Positions 45,451 to 60,719 of a DNA stretch of 64,000 nt are shown here, in pieces. Below the pieces are notes generated by a model that had not been told where the DNA came from, did not search any database, and saw only the letters and a program-made list of their open reading frames with translations. How positions within the stretch are numbered: the stretch's first letter is position 1; every line of letters begins with the position of its first letter. Made by a program: the position numbers and the translations under genes. Origin of the DNA: Eledone cirrhosa (taxonomy: Eukaryota); contig OZ024741.1 of the NCBI GenBank assembly GCA_964016885.1, forward strand, positions 81,406,001 to 81,470,000, given 5' to 3'.

Positions 45451-46088
45451 TCATCATCATAAGCCCCATCAATTCACTAGAACCTTCATTAACTGACTAC
45501 CAAACCTACATTTTTACTTATTCAATATATTCATTTTTTAACTGATTTACATGTTATCTCTGGTGGTGCTTCATTACCATTCATTAATAATCACACTTAA
45601 CCCTTTATTCTAATTTCATTCACTCCATCTTTCCTCTTCTTTCTCTTCCTCCCCATCGTTTCTCCTCTTCCTTCTACTTTTCCTCCCTTTCCCTTCTTCT
45701 CTCAATTTTTCTTTTCTTTCTTCCCTCTTTCTCTTCTCCCCCCCCCCCATCCCCATTGATTTTCGCTTTACCTCTTTCTATTTTCTCCGCTTAACTTTCT
45801 CTTTCTCTTTTCTTTTCCTTCTCCCCCTACTCTCTCTTTTATTGCCCCCACCCCCACAAAGCCACATTCCTCATATTCCCCCTACTCCTCCTCTACCCTG
45901 GGTCTTTCCCTTCTTATAATATTGTCTCTCTATCACTGAACGTTCAGTCTTGTCTAATGATCCTCTGAGCACACAGATGAAACTCCGAAGTAACAAGACT
46001 CAACAGATCGCCGTAATAAACAATATCATTAAACTCTACTTAGGCATTAAGGACTTATTCTTGCATCTGTTAACATCGCATGGATATA

Positions 46089-46278
<190 letters not shown>

Positions 46279-46349
46279 ATGTGTGTGTGCGTGTGTGTGT
46301 GTGTAAAAGGTAAACAGAAATAACAAAACAAACGACACAGTACATGGAA

Positions 46350-48420
46350 GAAATATATTAGTTTAACGCTTGAAATACCAGGAAGAAAATCTTAACGTTT
46401 CGGACATTAGTCCTTCATCAGAAGATAGAGTTAGAAACAGAAGATAAATAGAAAGTAAAGGGTGATAAGACAAAGGAGCGGGTAAAAATGGGGAGAAAAA
46501 GGAGAAGAAAAAACACGTGCGTATTCAGCCAGCCATCTTAAAGAGTGGCTAATCAAGGGTTTAATACACGTTAGAGAGGTTTAGGGAGGGAGGTAATCAA
46601 TGTATATGTGGGGTAGACATGTGTGTATGTGTATGTGTGAGTGTATTAGTGTATGTGTGTGTGTGTGCGTGTGTGTGTGCGCGCGTAAAGGTTTGTTCAT
46701 ATGTTTGAAGGAGGGGCGTTGAACCGTGACAGTGAGAGTGGCCGTTGTGAGAGTGGATGTGTGAGTAAGCGTGCGCGCGTGAACTGACCGACATAAGGGA
46801 GTGTATAAGAATGTATATGAATTTCTACATATAGGTACATACATTCACACATAGTAGCAGCCGAGAGGGGGGGGGGCTGTGTAGAAAAGAGGAAGTAACG
46901 AATATAGTTGTGGGCGGTATATTTCATTACTGGTATGGTTGTAAGAGAAGCTGCTTAGCTTCGGATTCAATGAAAGAGTGGTACAAAGTGTGGAAGTCAT
47001 TACGTGTGTGGAGGTGGATAGAGCCGGGAAGTTGTGGGGATGGAGTAAATGTTAGGAATCATTCAACACCGACGACTCCACAGTCGCGGCACTGAGTGTC
47101 ACGTGAACACAGACGTGTGCGTAAGAGTAACAAGCACACATGGGCGTGAGCACAGGAATGTGTGTCGACGTGTGTACGAATCTGAAAGTGTAGGATTGAT
47201 GGTTAAGTGTGTGCAGAAGTAGATGTGTGTGGAGTGGCATATACGGATGTTGTAAATGTGGGTATGTAATGTGTGGTGGCTGGAGTTGTGTGTGTGTGTG
47301 TGTGTGCACGTGTGTGTGTGTGTGTGTATACGTGTGTTTGTGTTTGAGAGAAGGGTAAAGGGAGGTTATAGGAACTGGAGGTGGGGGTGGGGGCATCCAT
47401 TAGGAAACGTGGTTCCAAGTTCTGCTCGGTCTGTCTGTTCGATGTAAATGGACCCACAAAGGGAGCTGAGGGGTAGATGACGTTGGTGGAGGTGCAAGTG
47501 AAGGAGTGGCGAATGTAAAAGGAATGGTTCGTACCCGTGAAAGTGATGTGTTTTGGTATGTAGGGACAGATGTTACAACGCGGTCGAGAACAAGTACGAG
47601 AGCCAGGGAGGGGGGTCCTAGGGGAGGAGGAGGGAAGGAACTGTACATAAAAAGGTCACATAGATTACGGGCGCGCTTAAAGGCAGTAATTGGTGGGTTG
47701 GGAAAGAAGCGAGAAGTGACGAGGTTAGAAATGAGGTTTCAGAAATAATGAAGGATGCGACAACGTAGTGGTAAGGTAGACGGGTGGTAGGTAAGGGGGA
47801 AAGGAAGGCGTCTGTTAGGGGTGTTAATGTGAGAGGGCTGAGGTGGAGTCAGTATCACGGACGTGGGTAAGGGCGGCTTAAATCACGTTGGGAGGATATC
47901 CACGCTGGAAGAAGCGAGAAGCCATGCGTTGAGACTGAAATTCGAAATCATGGTTCTGGCTGCAGAGCCGACAAAGACGGAGGAATTTGGGAGTAGAGTA
48001 TTGAGAATTTCATGTGGGCGGGGTGGAAGAAGGTGAAGTCGAGGTAGGAGTGAGAGTCAGTGGGTTTGAAAAAGATGGAAGTAGAGAGGGTGTGGTGAGT
48101 GTGATCGATAGAGGGAGAGATGTCGATAAATTGGATGAAAGAATCGAAGATGGTGATGGTGAAGGTGAGAGCGAGCTGGACGAAGAAGAGGAAGCATTTG
48201 AGCTGCTCACGGGAGAGAGAGGTGGCGCCCACACAGTCGTCGATGTAAGGATCGTATAGCTCAGGGGTAGGTCCAGTGTACTGGGAGAAGATCTGGGTCT
48301 CAACATAGCCAACGAACAAGTCTGCATAGTTCGGGGCCATTCTGGTTCCCATGGCTACCTAAAAAAAAAAGCAATTGAGTGTAAGAACAAGCTCAGCTAG
48401 ACGGAGAAAAGTGGATCAGC
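46350..48420 (-). mobile_element. Degenerate Penelope/Poseidon-type PLE fragment with terminal HHR
   Basis: AMGTRMAPNYADLFVG..YIDDC..FIDI..STSIFFKPTDSHSYLDF..HP (47948-48352), and downstream FFQRGYPP. Confidence 0.88.
46389..46426 (-). ncRNA. Minimal type I hammerhead ribozyme
   Basis: atctt-CTGATGA-a-ggac-taat-gtcc-GAAAcgTT-aagat: 5 bp stem I, 4 bp stem II, palindromic AACGTT stem III. Confidence 0.85.
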
Positions 48421-48710
48421 AGAAAATGCACACAGTTACATAAGAGGAACAGACAGTTGCATTTTATCCTCATTCGTCTCTGTGCTGTGACGTGGAATTT
48501 CGGGCATCAAGGTGGTGTTGCACTTGTAATATCAGTTTGCGCAACAGATTGGAGGACCACTCTGTTGGTAAGATGCATGTAAAACGATAATAAAACAAAG
48601 AATGGACAGGTGTCTTTTGACAGAAACAGAGATAAATACATTTAAAATCACGACTAGAAATAAATAGACAACGGATTTAGTATATAAAATGTGTGGCATG
48701 TTAGCACTGG

Positions 48711-48882
48711 GAAAAATTGAAAAATTGAAAAATTGAAAAATTGAAAAATTGAAAAATTGAAAAATTGAAAAATTGAAAAATTGAAAAATTGAAAAATTGA
48801 AAAATTGAAAAATTGAAAAATTGAAAAATTGAAAAATTGAAAAATTGAAAAATTGAAAAATTGAAAAATTGAAAATTGAAAA
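48711..48882. repeat. (AAAAATTG)n 8 bp tandem repeat, ~21 copies
   Basis: Direct reading. Confidence 0.97.
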
Positions 48883-49252
48883 TGTCAGACTTTCCCCAAA
48901 AGAATGCGGTTAGTTGATTGAACTTAAGAAAAGAGGTTCGGCTACCTATCAACTTTGAGAGACAAAATACAGAAGGATCGGTTGACGGATAGAAGAAGGA
49001 AGAAGACGAGAAAATGACAGTGAGATAAACAAGCAGAGAGTGGAATGGATAGGGAGAGAAGAGAGAAGAAATAGAAGATAGAAGTGATCACGCGAATAAA
49101 AAAATATAGCAACTTACCGAGGAATGGTGGCGTGTAGCGTTGTATTCATAAATAAAATATCAACAGAACATGCACACAGTTTATGACAAAAGTGCACTAG
49201 GAAAAATTCACAGGAGAACGATACAGTACAACGAAGATACATGTTAGCTTAA

Positions 49253-49286
<34 letters not shown>

Positions 49287-49599
49287 CGTTTCTGAATTTG
49301 TTTAGCAAGATTCTTTATCTGAAAACGTGTGTTGAAACCGATATTGTTATGCTTTTGTTATGCATGTGTTTCTTATTGGCAACATAACTCTCCCAAAGCA
49401 TAACAATATATATATATATATATATATATACAAATATTCGAGGTCCGTGGGCGATCAACTGGCTAGACAGGATGGTAAAATAGAGCAGTCACAATGCGTA
49501 GGTAAATATCCAGGTTCAAATTACAAAGATTGCCGTGTAAGCATGGAAATTATAGTTGAAGGCGACAACAAACAAACAAGATGTATAAAAAGTCTTATA

Positions 49600-50163
49600 A
49601 GTTTAATGCTTTATATTGGAAAGAGGAAAGAAAGTTCCACGCGTCGGGCTTAAGCCCTTCTTCATGAGTACAAATAGAAACAGGAACATAATGGAGAAAC
49701 AGAAAGAATGTCCTGTAAAGACACACAAGAATAAAAAAACGAAAATGAAAAGGAAAAACAAGAAAGCCATTAGGTAGTCTTCATAACTAGTAGGAATGCA
49801 AAGTGGAGTGTGTGCGTATTAGTATAGTTATATATGTGAGTGTAAGTGTAAGTTTAAATGTGTGTGATTTTAAAAGTAAAATGTGTAAAGTATCAAAGAA
49901 AGTGAGTCTAGGTGTATATCCAGGTGTTAGTGGTAGTGGACATGTATGTGTGAGTGAATGTAAATTAGAATGTGTGTAGTGTATATGTGCGTTGAAGTAA
50001 TTTTGTGTGTATGTATAAAGTATCGTACTCACACATATTACAATACTAACACGCACTCCACTTTGCGTTCCCACTAGCGACCAAGACGACCTAACGCTTT
50101 CTTGTTTTCCCTCTTCATTTTCGTTTTTCTTTTGTCTTTACTGGACATTCTTTCTGTTTCTCC
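49600..50163. repeat. Old inverted duplication next to a degenerate HHR (PLE terminal remnant)
   Basis: ~49693-49830 is a diverged reverse complement of ~50030-50163. Minus strand 49634-49669 reads ATGAAGA-a-gggc-ttaa-gccc-GACGcgtg. Confidence 0.6.
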
Positions 50164-50320
<157 letters not shown>

Positions 50321-50480
50321 ATATATATATCAATAATAATGAGTTCAAATCTCAGGCAGTCTTTTACAATGAAATATATATATATCTAAGGAGTGTAACT
50401 TGGAGTTACTGCAAGTTCACCCGGGTGAGCACTCGATGTTTAGGTTCACTTCTGTGTTGAGGTGTACTATACAGAGTGTA

Positions 50481-50759
50481 ATATATTGAAAGGATAACAG
50501 GACGATTGGTTACTCCTTCATTACATTTATTGTTAGGTGACGCGCGTTTCGCCACTGATCAGCTCAAGGTTCGATCTGTATCGATCTTACCCGACTCTAT
50601 AATCGGCAGCTTTTAAAGGGTCTATCGAGCTGCCGATAATAGAGTCGGGTAAGATCGATACAGATCGAACCTTGAGCTGATCAGTGGCGAAACGCGCGTC
50701 ACCTACCAATAAATGTAATGAAGGAGTAACCAATCGTCCTTGTTATCCTTTCAATATAT
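50481..50759. repeat. Near-perfect palindrome (~130 bp arms) built from an HHR-like sequence
   Basis: 50481-50610 is the reverse complement of 50628-50759. Plus strand 50618-50704 reads gggt-CTATCGA-gctgccgat...atcagtggc-GAAA-c-gcgc-GTC-acct, followed by aataaa. Confidence 0.9.
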
Positions 50760-50792
50760 ATATACAAACATACATATGTATATATATATCTA

Positions 50793-50893
<101 letters not shown>

Positions 50894-50905
50894 ATATATA
50901 TATAT

Positions 50906-50963
<58 letters not shown>

Positions 50964-51005
50964 TCATATATATATATATATATACACACATATATATACA
51001 CACAA

Positions 51006-51066
<61 letters not shown>

Positions 51067-51088
51067 CACACATATATATACGCACACA

Positions 51089-51680
51089 TTTTCGGCCTCC
51101 ACCCGCTTTCCTGTCGCCACAGTGCCTCCCGCATTCCACGCCATGCTGCCCTCAACGAGGTCATTAAGCATGGCTTGGATGCTGCAGGCTTCCCTTCCCA
51201 GCTAGAGCTGGTGGGGCTGGATCGAGGGGACGGCAAAAGGCCAGATGGCATGACCATCTTCCCGTTCCGCGGTGGCAAACCCCTCGTTTGTGATGCCACT
51301 TGCACCAACACTTTCTGCAGCCGCAACCTGGTGCAGTCTGCGACTGACCCAGGTTCTGCTGCACGTCGGGCTGAGGGGGCCAAACTCCTCAAATACCGGT
51401 CGCTCTCCGACAGGTTTGCGGTCGTACCCCTGGCGGTGGAGACTTCTGGTGTCCTCGGCTCCAGGGCTACCTCCTTACTCACCACCATAAGCGATGAGCT
51501 GGCCAGCCGCAGGTGTGAGCCCCGCGAGTTGGAGTGGCTTTTCCAGCGCGTCTCCCTTGCCGTCCTCCGGGGAAACGCCTTCTCCATTCTGTCCGCCGGA
51601 GCAGTGGGTGGGCCCCATCGCGTACCGTTGTAGTTGTTGTATACAGATATTAACTCATCAATCCCATTGTCCTAATAATA
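51089..51680 (+). mobile_element. 3' end of a CRE-clade non-LTR retrotransposon (knuckle end plus restriction-like endonuclease)
   Basis: [64 protein letters not shown]; GC-rich, frame open to 51633. Confidence 0.88.
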
Positions 51681-51724
51681 TATATATATAGTGTCTACGT
51701 TGAAAATATTAACATCACTCATAT

Positions 51725-51912
51725 TAATTGTTTCTACGTTTGGCACAAGGCCAGCAGTTACCCAGTGTATTACTGGTACTTTATTTTATCGACCCCGTAA
51801 GGATGAAAGGCAAAGTTAACCTCGGCGGGATTTGAACTCAGAATGGCAAAGGCCGTAACTTTATGCGTCAAAGCATGGCGTCCGATCCTCTACCGATACT
51901 GCCAATCCACCA
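51725..51912 (-). mobile_element. Dominant tRNA-derived SINE copy
   Basis: Reverse complement of the family sequence. ttaacatcactcatatt occurs on both sides as a probable TSD. Confidence 0.88.
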
Positions 51913-51987
51913 CCTTTTAACATCACTCATATTAATGTATGTGTCATATGTATACAGAAATATATATATATATATACACACACACAT

Positions 51988-52079
<92 letters not shown>

Positions 52080-52176
52080 ATATATATATATATATATGGA
52101 GAAACAGATGAATAATATATATATATATATGTGTGTGTATATATATGTGTGTATATATATATGTATATATATATAT

Positions 52177-53304
<1,128 letters not shown>

Positions 53305-53339
53305 TACATATATATATACATACATATATGTATATATGT

Positions 53340-53990
53340 ATGAGGAAACCGGCAACCCCACAAAATATGCTTGGTGAGGAAGGTGATTTTGGATACCTTG
53401 CGGGATGAAAAACAAAACCCGTCAAATGGCAGAGGAACTCAGGAGAGTCAACGGCCATCGAATAAAGATTTTTTTTTTGTGGAGCGAGAGACTCCTTGTC
53501 TTCATTAAGACATCTCTCTAGGAGAAGGTCACTCTGATATAAAACCTGCGAATTCATTTGCATCCAATGATGAAGACCAGTTCTACTTTTTGGGTAAATG
53601 CATTCGATGTTCAGAGAGTGGGATTGGCCTCGTGCAAAACTCCTCTTCACTTCAAAAAGCTTAATGCACAGGCATTGCTTGATATGTGACAATTATTACG
53701 ATGCTTGACTTGGCTGGTCATAGGCGAGTCCCTAGCAGGACTAAAAAGCTACGTTCGTGATACTCACGCTATTTTAAGCATTACTCAAAATCGAGTTGCA
53801 GCAATTATTATGTATGCGGAGAAACAGAAACACTCTAAAATAGAACTTAAAACACCTTAACAAAAATCTTGAATCGTGTGCAGTTGATAGAGTGGCCTGG
53901 AGAAATGTCATTTGGAATGGAATTAAACCATTTGAAATGGATAGGATAAAACATGCAGAACAGTAAAGTGTAGAAGAGTGAGACCAACAA
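53340..53990 (+). mobile_element. Decayed RTE-like element (5' UTR-like part joined to 3' ORF end)
   Basis: ctaggagaaggtcactctgatataaaacc resembles RTE 5' UTRs; ~53860-53960 reads NLESCAVDRVAWRNVIWNGIKPFEMDR. Confidence 0.5.
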
Positions 53991-54769
53991 TAATAATGAT
54001 GAATCTTATCCAGCATTGGTTTTCAAATGCCCTGTGTGCCCTAATTGTGCCCTGTTTCGAATGTTGGCCTGAAATAACACCAACAAGCACATGATGGTAA
54101 AGTCCAAGTTGACTATTCAAACTATGTTGCAGAGAATCAGTTCCAATGTCTATGGTGGATTGAATGACATCTGAACATACACAATAAGTAAACTCAAAGT
54201 GGAAACAAGAATGAAATGAGACATCATTGTATTATTTGTGGACGGATGTTTCACAGGCTTTTATAACTCAAAAGCGATTTGAGAGCTCATGGCAGGAAAG
54301 AACAGATATAAAGTACACGAAGTGGTCAAGCTCATGTAACCAAATTCTAAAAGGTCGTCTGACAAGCTTTGTCAGACGACCTACTAGAATTTGGTTACAT
54401 AACTGTATTAGTGAGTTTTGTATCGAATAATAATAATAATAATAATTGACAACGTTCTATCCGGGTTATTGCCAAGATTGTGTATCTCTTTATGCAACTC
54501 CCCCAGAACTCTTGAAAATTAATAATATTTTCTAAAGTATACATCGGCTGATTAGCCTTATTTGCATAACGAGCGATTTTATGGCTGGTTTTGCCAAAAA
54601 TTAAAAACAGAAATATGTAACCAGCTATGTAAAAGCAAGAAACCAAATTCTAATTTGTCGATTGTTTCTCCATGCCACTGCTAGAACAAAAGGATGACCT
54701 TGGTCATCTAAAAAACATAGCGTAATGAGGCTTTTTGCTTGCAAACGAATCGAATATTATTATAATTAT

Positions 54770-55340
54770 AATAATTGTTTCTACTTTTGGCACACGACCA
54801 GCAATTACCCCAGTGTATTACTGGTACTTTATTTTATCGACCTCGTAAGGATGAAAGGCAAAGTTAACCTCAATAATGTTTCTACTTTTGGCACAAGGCC
54901 AGCAATTACCCCAGTGTATTACAGGTGCTTTATTTTATCGACCTCGTAAGGATGAAAGGCAAAGTTAACCTCAATAATGTTTCTACTTTTGGCACAAGGC
55001 CAGCAATTACTCCAGTATATTACAGGTGCTTTATTTTATCGACCCCGTAAGGATGAAAAGCAAAGTTAACCTGGCAGGATATGAACTCAGAACGTAAAGG
55101 GCCATAACTCCTATGCTGCAAATCATGGTGTCTGACGCTCTACTGATATTGCCAAATATTATATTAATTGTTTCTGTTTTAGGCACAAGGCCAGCAATTA
55201 CCCAGTACATTACTGGTACTTTATTTTATCGACCCCGTAAGGATGAAAGGCAAAGTTAACCTCGGCGGGATTTGAACTCAGATCATAAAGGGACGTAACT
55301 CTATGCTTCTATCTACCGATACTGCCAATCCACCGCCCTC
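54770..55340 (-). mobile_element. Tandem cluster of the dominant SINE with ~101 bp internal reiterations
   Basis: tgtttctacttttggcac starts at ~54776, 54878 and 54979, followed by another copy from ~55168. Confidence 0.88.
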
Positions 55341-55354
55341 ATATTATATTAATA

Positions 55355-55630
55355 ACTAGCAGAATGGCCCGGCATTGCTCAGAATTTGCTCTAGGGTTCT
55401 TATATATTTGATATATATTTATCCTTATCGAGCCTCGTGAAATAAATACGTTTGTTTATATTATGTTATTGTGTATGCAAAAATATCTGTACACGTATAT
55501 ATATATATATTAAAATAACAGATTAAAGTTTAAGCAAAGAATCGCTGCTTTCACCCTTAACGGGATCTTCTGAAACTAAAAAAAATCAATCTGTGAACGC
55601 AGAAGTAAATATTTCTAAAAACGTTACAAA

Positions 55631-55689
<59 letters not shown>

Positions 55690-55787
55690 GATAGCGCCAT
55701 AATGTCGTAATGCAGACAGCCAGACATACAGACAGATATTATAAGGGCGCAACGTTGTAGCTATGTATCTATCTAAAAGGCAGACTA

Positions 55788-55819
<32 letters not shown>

Positions 55820-56019
55820 ATCGCTTTTTCGCATAATGTGGTCTCTAGGGCATTGAGAATTTGAAATATATTTTGCTCAAAAGACTCACACAACCATAAG
55901 TATTACATGTGTAAAGTTTGAAAAAACTCTGTTGGGTGGTTCTGGAGTTTTAGAGAGTCAGACAGACAGGCAGACAGACAGGCAGACAGGCAGACATTCT
56001 CTGTTTTAGATATATAGAT
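55355..56019 (+). mobile_element. HINE/DINE-like non-autonomous element
   Basis: 5' ACTAG..cccggcattgctc; 3' (GACA)n then ttttagatatatagat. Related copies at 3399-4640 and 28608-28896. Confidence 0.7.
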
Positions 56020-56027
56020 AATATTAA

Positions 56028-56320
56028 GGCGATGGATTGGTAGCATCGGTAGAGGGTCGGATACCATGCTTTGCAGCATAGAGTTACGGCCGTTTACGGT
56101 CTTAGTTCACATCCCGCTGAGGTTAACTTTGTTTTTCATCCTTACGAGGTCGATAAAATATATACCAGTAATGCACTGGATAATTGCTGGCCTTGTGCCG
56201 AAATTAGAAACATTATTGAGGTTAACTTTGCCTTTCATCCTTACGAGGTAGATAAAACAAAGTACCAGTAACACACTGGGGTAATTGCTGGCCTTGTGCC
56301 AAAAGTAGAAGCAATTAATG
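56028..56320 (+). mobile_element. Dominant SINE with duplicated 3' half
   Basis: ggcgatggattggtagcatcggtagagggtcgg head, with the gaggttaactttg...agaa block present twice. Confidence 0.85.
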
Positions 56321-56459
56321 TTATTATTCAATATAAAACTCTCTAATACAGTTATGTATCCAGCTATGTAAGAGCGAGAAACCAAATTCTAATTTTGTCT
56401 CATGTATTTTACTCTTTTACCTGTTCCAGCCATCCGGCTGAGGCCATGCTGGGGCACCG

Positions 56460-57060
56460 CTCTTGTTGCTACACGTTCTATATCCAGCTTGTGTTGGCTG
56501 GTCATTGGTGTAGGAGGGAATTTGTTGATGCTGCCCTTAGGTTACCCTCGTTCCGTGATGTGGGCTCATCTGAGATCCTGTGTTCATCGTGGCAATCCTG
56601 CTGGTATAACTTTGTTGGATTGTTTCAAGCTCTGTGGTTTGTTTGATAGTGTGGGATGACTACAGCTGGGATCAATAGTCGAGTCGATTTAGGACAAATG
56701 TCCTCCATAGTATCAACATTGTCTCTCAGTCTCTTGTTTTGAAAGTCCTCAAGATCCAGCCAGCGAGTCGTCTGCACATTGTCGCCACTCCCATGATGTG
56801 TATATCCAGGTCTCGTATCGATCTCGACACGGGGATTTCGATTCCTCCTGGTCCGGTGTAGCAATGTTCTACTGTCCTTGTGTTAACAGGTTGATATTGT
56901 AAGGCTTGACATTTCCCAGCATTAATTTGCATGGTGTTGCCCAAGGGGCACCCCATTTGTTATTGATGTTTCCTTTGAGAAGGCCCTGCTGGCTACAACT
57001 GTTTGGCTTCAATTATGCCGAGTCTGTATACTTCGTGATACCACTTGAGTGGTATCGCGT
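56460..57060 (-). mobile_element. Decayed CR1-like LINE 3' fragment
   Basis: NTMQINAGKCQAL..IRDLDI..CRRLAGWILRTFKTRD, paralleling MCSWILRTSQSR in the first LINE. Confidence 0.75.
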
Positions 57061-57104
57061 TTGTACCTACACACAAACGCACATATATGCACGCGCACAC
57101 ATAG

Positions 57105-57234
<130 letters not shown>

Positions 57235-57260
57235 GCGCACACACACGCACACACACACGC

Positions 57261-57299
<39 letters not shown>

Positions 57300-57785
57300 C
57301 CTATATCATATACATGTGAGTGCCTATATATATTCTTCTATTTTTTCCCTTTTTTTCTCTGCCTCGCTTTCTCTATCGCTTTAGCGATATCACTTTCTTT
57401 TTTTTATATTCCCTCTTTCTCACTCATGCGACTTTAACATCAAATCATCTTCCTCATTGACGCTACTGTTGTGTTGTAGCCACATACGCTCTCTCTCTCT
57501 TTTTTTCTATCACTGTGTATTTCTCGTTCTCTTTTCTTTTATCTTTTTTCTTTAATCTCTTCTCTCTTCAATTTCTTTAATCTACAGTTGCCGTTAATAC
57601 AACTTATCGAAAATCAAAGGCTATTTCATTAAAAAATACGGAGTCAGAAAATATGTATATGCACGATCATACATATATATGTACATATGTTTGTTTGCGT
57701 GGATCGGATACAAGTAGAATATAAAACATTCTCTGACACACCTAAATACATACACACGCACACACGGGCGCCCACAGACACATCC

Positions 57786-57877
<92 letters not shown>

Positions 57878-58547
57878 CGTTCATATATATATATATATGA
57901 ACACATACCACATACACATATGAATATGTGTATGTGACCCTCTTTTATACACCAGTATATATTCACGACATGGTATCGTTTCTAATAACCGGTTTTAAAA
58001 CATCATCAGATTCATTAGAAATATCGAGATTAACTAATTTTATCCTTAAAGCCTCTCCTCTTCTCAGCCTCCGACCATTCCATCTCCGTTTACATCAGCG
58101 AATTTTCTCAAATATCCACGTTAGATGTATTAAGCTTCCAATAACGGTATAATAATTTGATGAACCATGCGTAACAGAATTACGACCGCTTTTAACTGAA
58201 CTGCAAATTCAATGACACTCGAATCAGTGACAACTAAACCAGCAACTAGTGGCGATTAAAGAAATGTTTCATTTGATTCGAAGCAGACGACATTTACCAC
58301 CTCACTCTAAATATATGCCAATCTCTCTATTTCTTTCTTTCATTACATACACTAAGAGCGAGCGAGCGAGAGAGAGAGAGAAAGAAAGAGAGAGAGAGGG
58401 GGGGGGAGAGAGAGAGAGAGATGATTATATGTTGCAATTCAATGCAATTGAGGAAGCCTCGTTTTCATTTCATTATCATTTGCTCCAGGAGAAATTTTGA
58501 TAGGATTGTTATCTTAACTCCTCCTTTTCCCCGAAGAGAAGTATGTG

Positions 58548-58579
<32 letters not shown>

Positions 58580-58915
58580 TGTATGTATGTATGTATGTAT
58601 GTATGTATGTATGTATGTATGTATGTATGTATGTATGCATAGACACATATACGTACACACACACACACACACACATATATATATTTACATATATAAATAT
58701 AAATAAGGCGACATTGAATCATTTATGGAGCTTCGGAAAATTTGAAAATATGAAAGTATGCTTGCATTTTGGAAAGCCACCACTTACTTGGTTCGATTTC
58801 TGCAGTCGTTTCTTTGCACATTCTGCCATCTCCTGGGGTTATTTACCTGTCTTATTCCACTATTTTATACATAACCTATATTGTAGCCGTTTGTCAAAGA
58901 CCAAACCTACTCATG

Positions 58916-58998
<83 letters not shown>

Positions 58999-59000
<2 letters not shown>

Positions 59001-59041
59001 GGTGCTGATGATAGCTAAGAAGCTTGAAACTAGTACATCGT
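58999..59041 (+). ncRNA. Minimal type I hammerhead ribozyme (family C)
   Basis: acggtg-CTGATGA-t-agct-aaga-agct-t-GAAA-cta-GTA-catcgt: 6 bp stem I and palindromic ACTAGT stem III. 58999-59250 is homologous to the reverse complement of ~62560-62800. Confidence 0.85.
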
Positions 59042-59265
59042 TCCTGTGTCAGTGTTGAACAAAAAGGTGACGTGGTTGCCTTAACACCGTACGGCATAAA
59101 TCAGGCTGTCCGTTTGTTTACAAACGGACAAAGCGGGCGTTATAATAAACGTCCGCTAAACTGATACGTACATATATGTATGTGTACCTGTATGTATATA
59201 TATATATATGCATGCTACTGTACGTCTGTATACATATATGTATGTACGTATACACACATACTTAC

Positions 59266-59326
<61 letters not shown>

Positions 59327-59677
59327 AATATAAATTAGCGAATATATATAATGGTAGTGCCCCAGTATGGTTTCAACCTGTCATCTGGAACACGTAAAAG
59401 AGTATATATATATATACATACCTACACTCACACGCACACACGCGCACACACACATATACACACACAGACATATATATATGAGGATCGGCTGAAAGGTCCA
59501 TAAGCTGACTATGAAGATAGATGTAAGACCTGTGAAATCTTCAATGCATTAATTTCAACCCTTCCTATTAATAACTGTATTGTTTCCTTCCAGAGACTAC
59601 TTTGAACAAATAAACTTCATTTGGTCAGTCTATGAGAGTATCTTGGTCAGCCTACAAAGGAAAACAAACTGTTTGTT

Positions 59678-59797
<120 letters not shown>

Positions 59798-60319
59798 GAT
59801 GTTTTGTGTGTGTGTGTGTGTATAAACAAACAGTTTGTTTTCCTTTTTTTCTCTCCTATAAACCGTTCTAACCACTTTCTATGTCGAAACACGTAGTAGG
59901 GATCGAGCTAACTCTCAACATACTGCTGTTGTATAGCAGACAATAATTAACACCGGACTTGCTAATTCAAATGCTTTAGTATCTTTACTAGTGGACTTAT
60001 CGTAGTGAAAATGTGCAGTATTGAAGTTTACAATGTAATGCAGTCATAGTGTTGCTTTGTACTTTACAAAAATGTCTTGTTAATGCGCTTTCATCAGTAT
60101 TTATAAGTTAAATATTTATGGTATCTTTAGTAGTAGACAGATCATTGTGGAAATTTACAGTATTAGAATTAAGACTTTAATTTTTAATTTCATGCAGTTT
60201 CATACTTTTCAAAAACTTCATCCTCATGCGTTTTCAAATTGTTCAGGACGCCAACAGCTAAATGATTAATAGTCACTCCCGTCTTCCAAGAGCTGTGGCC
60301 ATGTGATTATGCTAAAATG

Positions 60320-60366
<47 letters not shown>

Positions 60367-60719
60367 ACAAACGCGATCCAAGATGAAACTAATATCCACG
60401 TTATGAAACAATTGTGTGACATGCTGGCATTATCTCAATACTACAGCACAATTAGTGTCTGAGTACGTCATAAATGCTTTGCATCAATTGGACCAATGTT
60501 GTTCATAAATTATTCCCAGTGGTATCAAGGTTTCAGTTTTCTCAGCTAAGAAATAAATTCAATTTAACGTTAACTCTAATAAGCCTTTGCAAAAACATTT
60601 CCAGACATATCGACTACACTCTCGTTAAGTTATCTTGAAACAAAACAACAATATATATATATATAATATATATGATATAATATAATATAATTGTTTCTAC
60701 TTTAGGCACAAGGCTAGCA

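Noticed and set aside
48420-48580. Possible host exon ending in gtaaga
   Set aside because: One frame is open but the peptide is unrecognisable and there is no clear splice acceptor.
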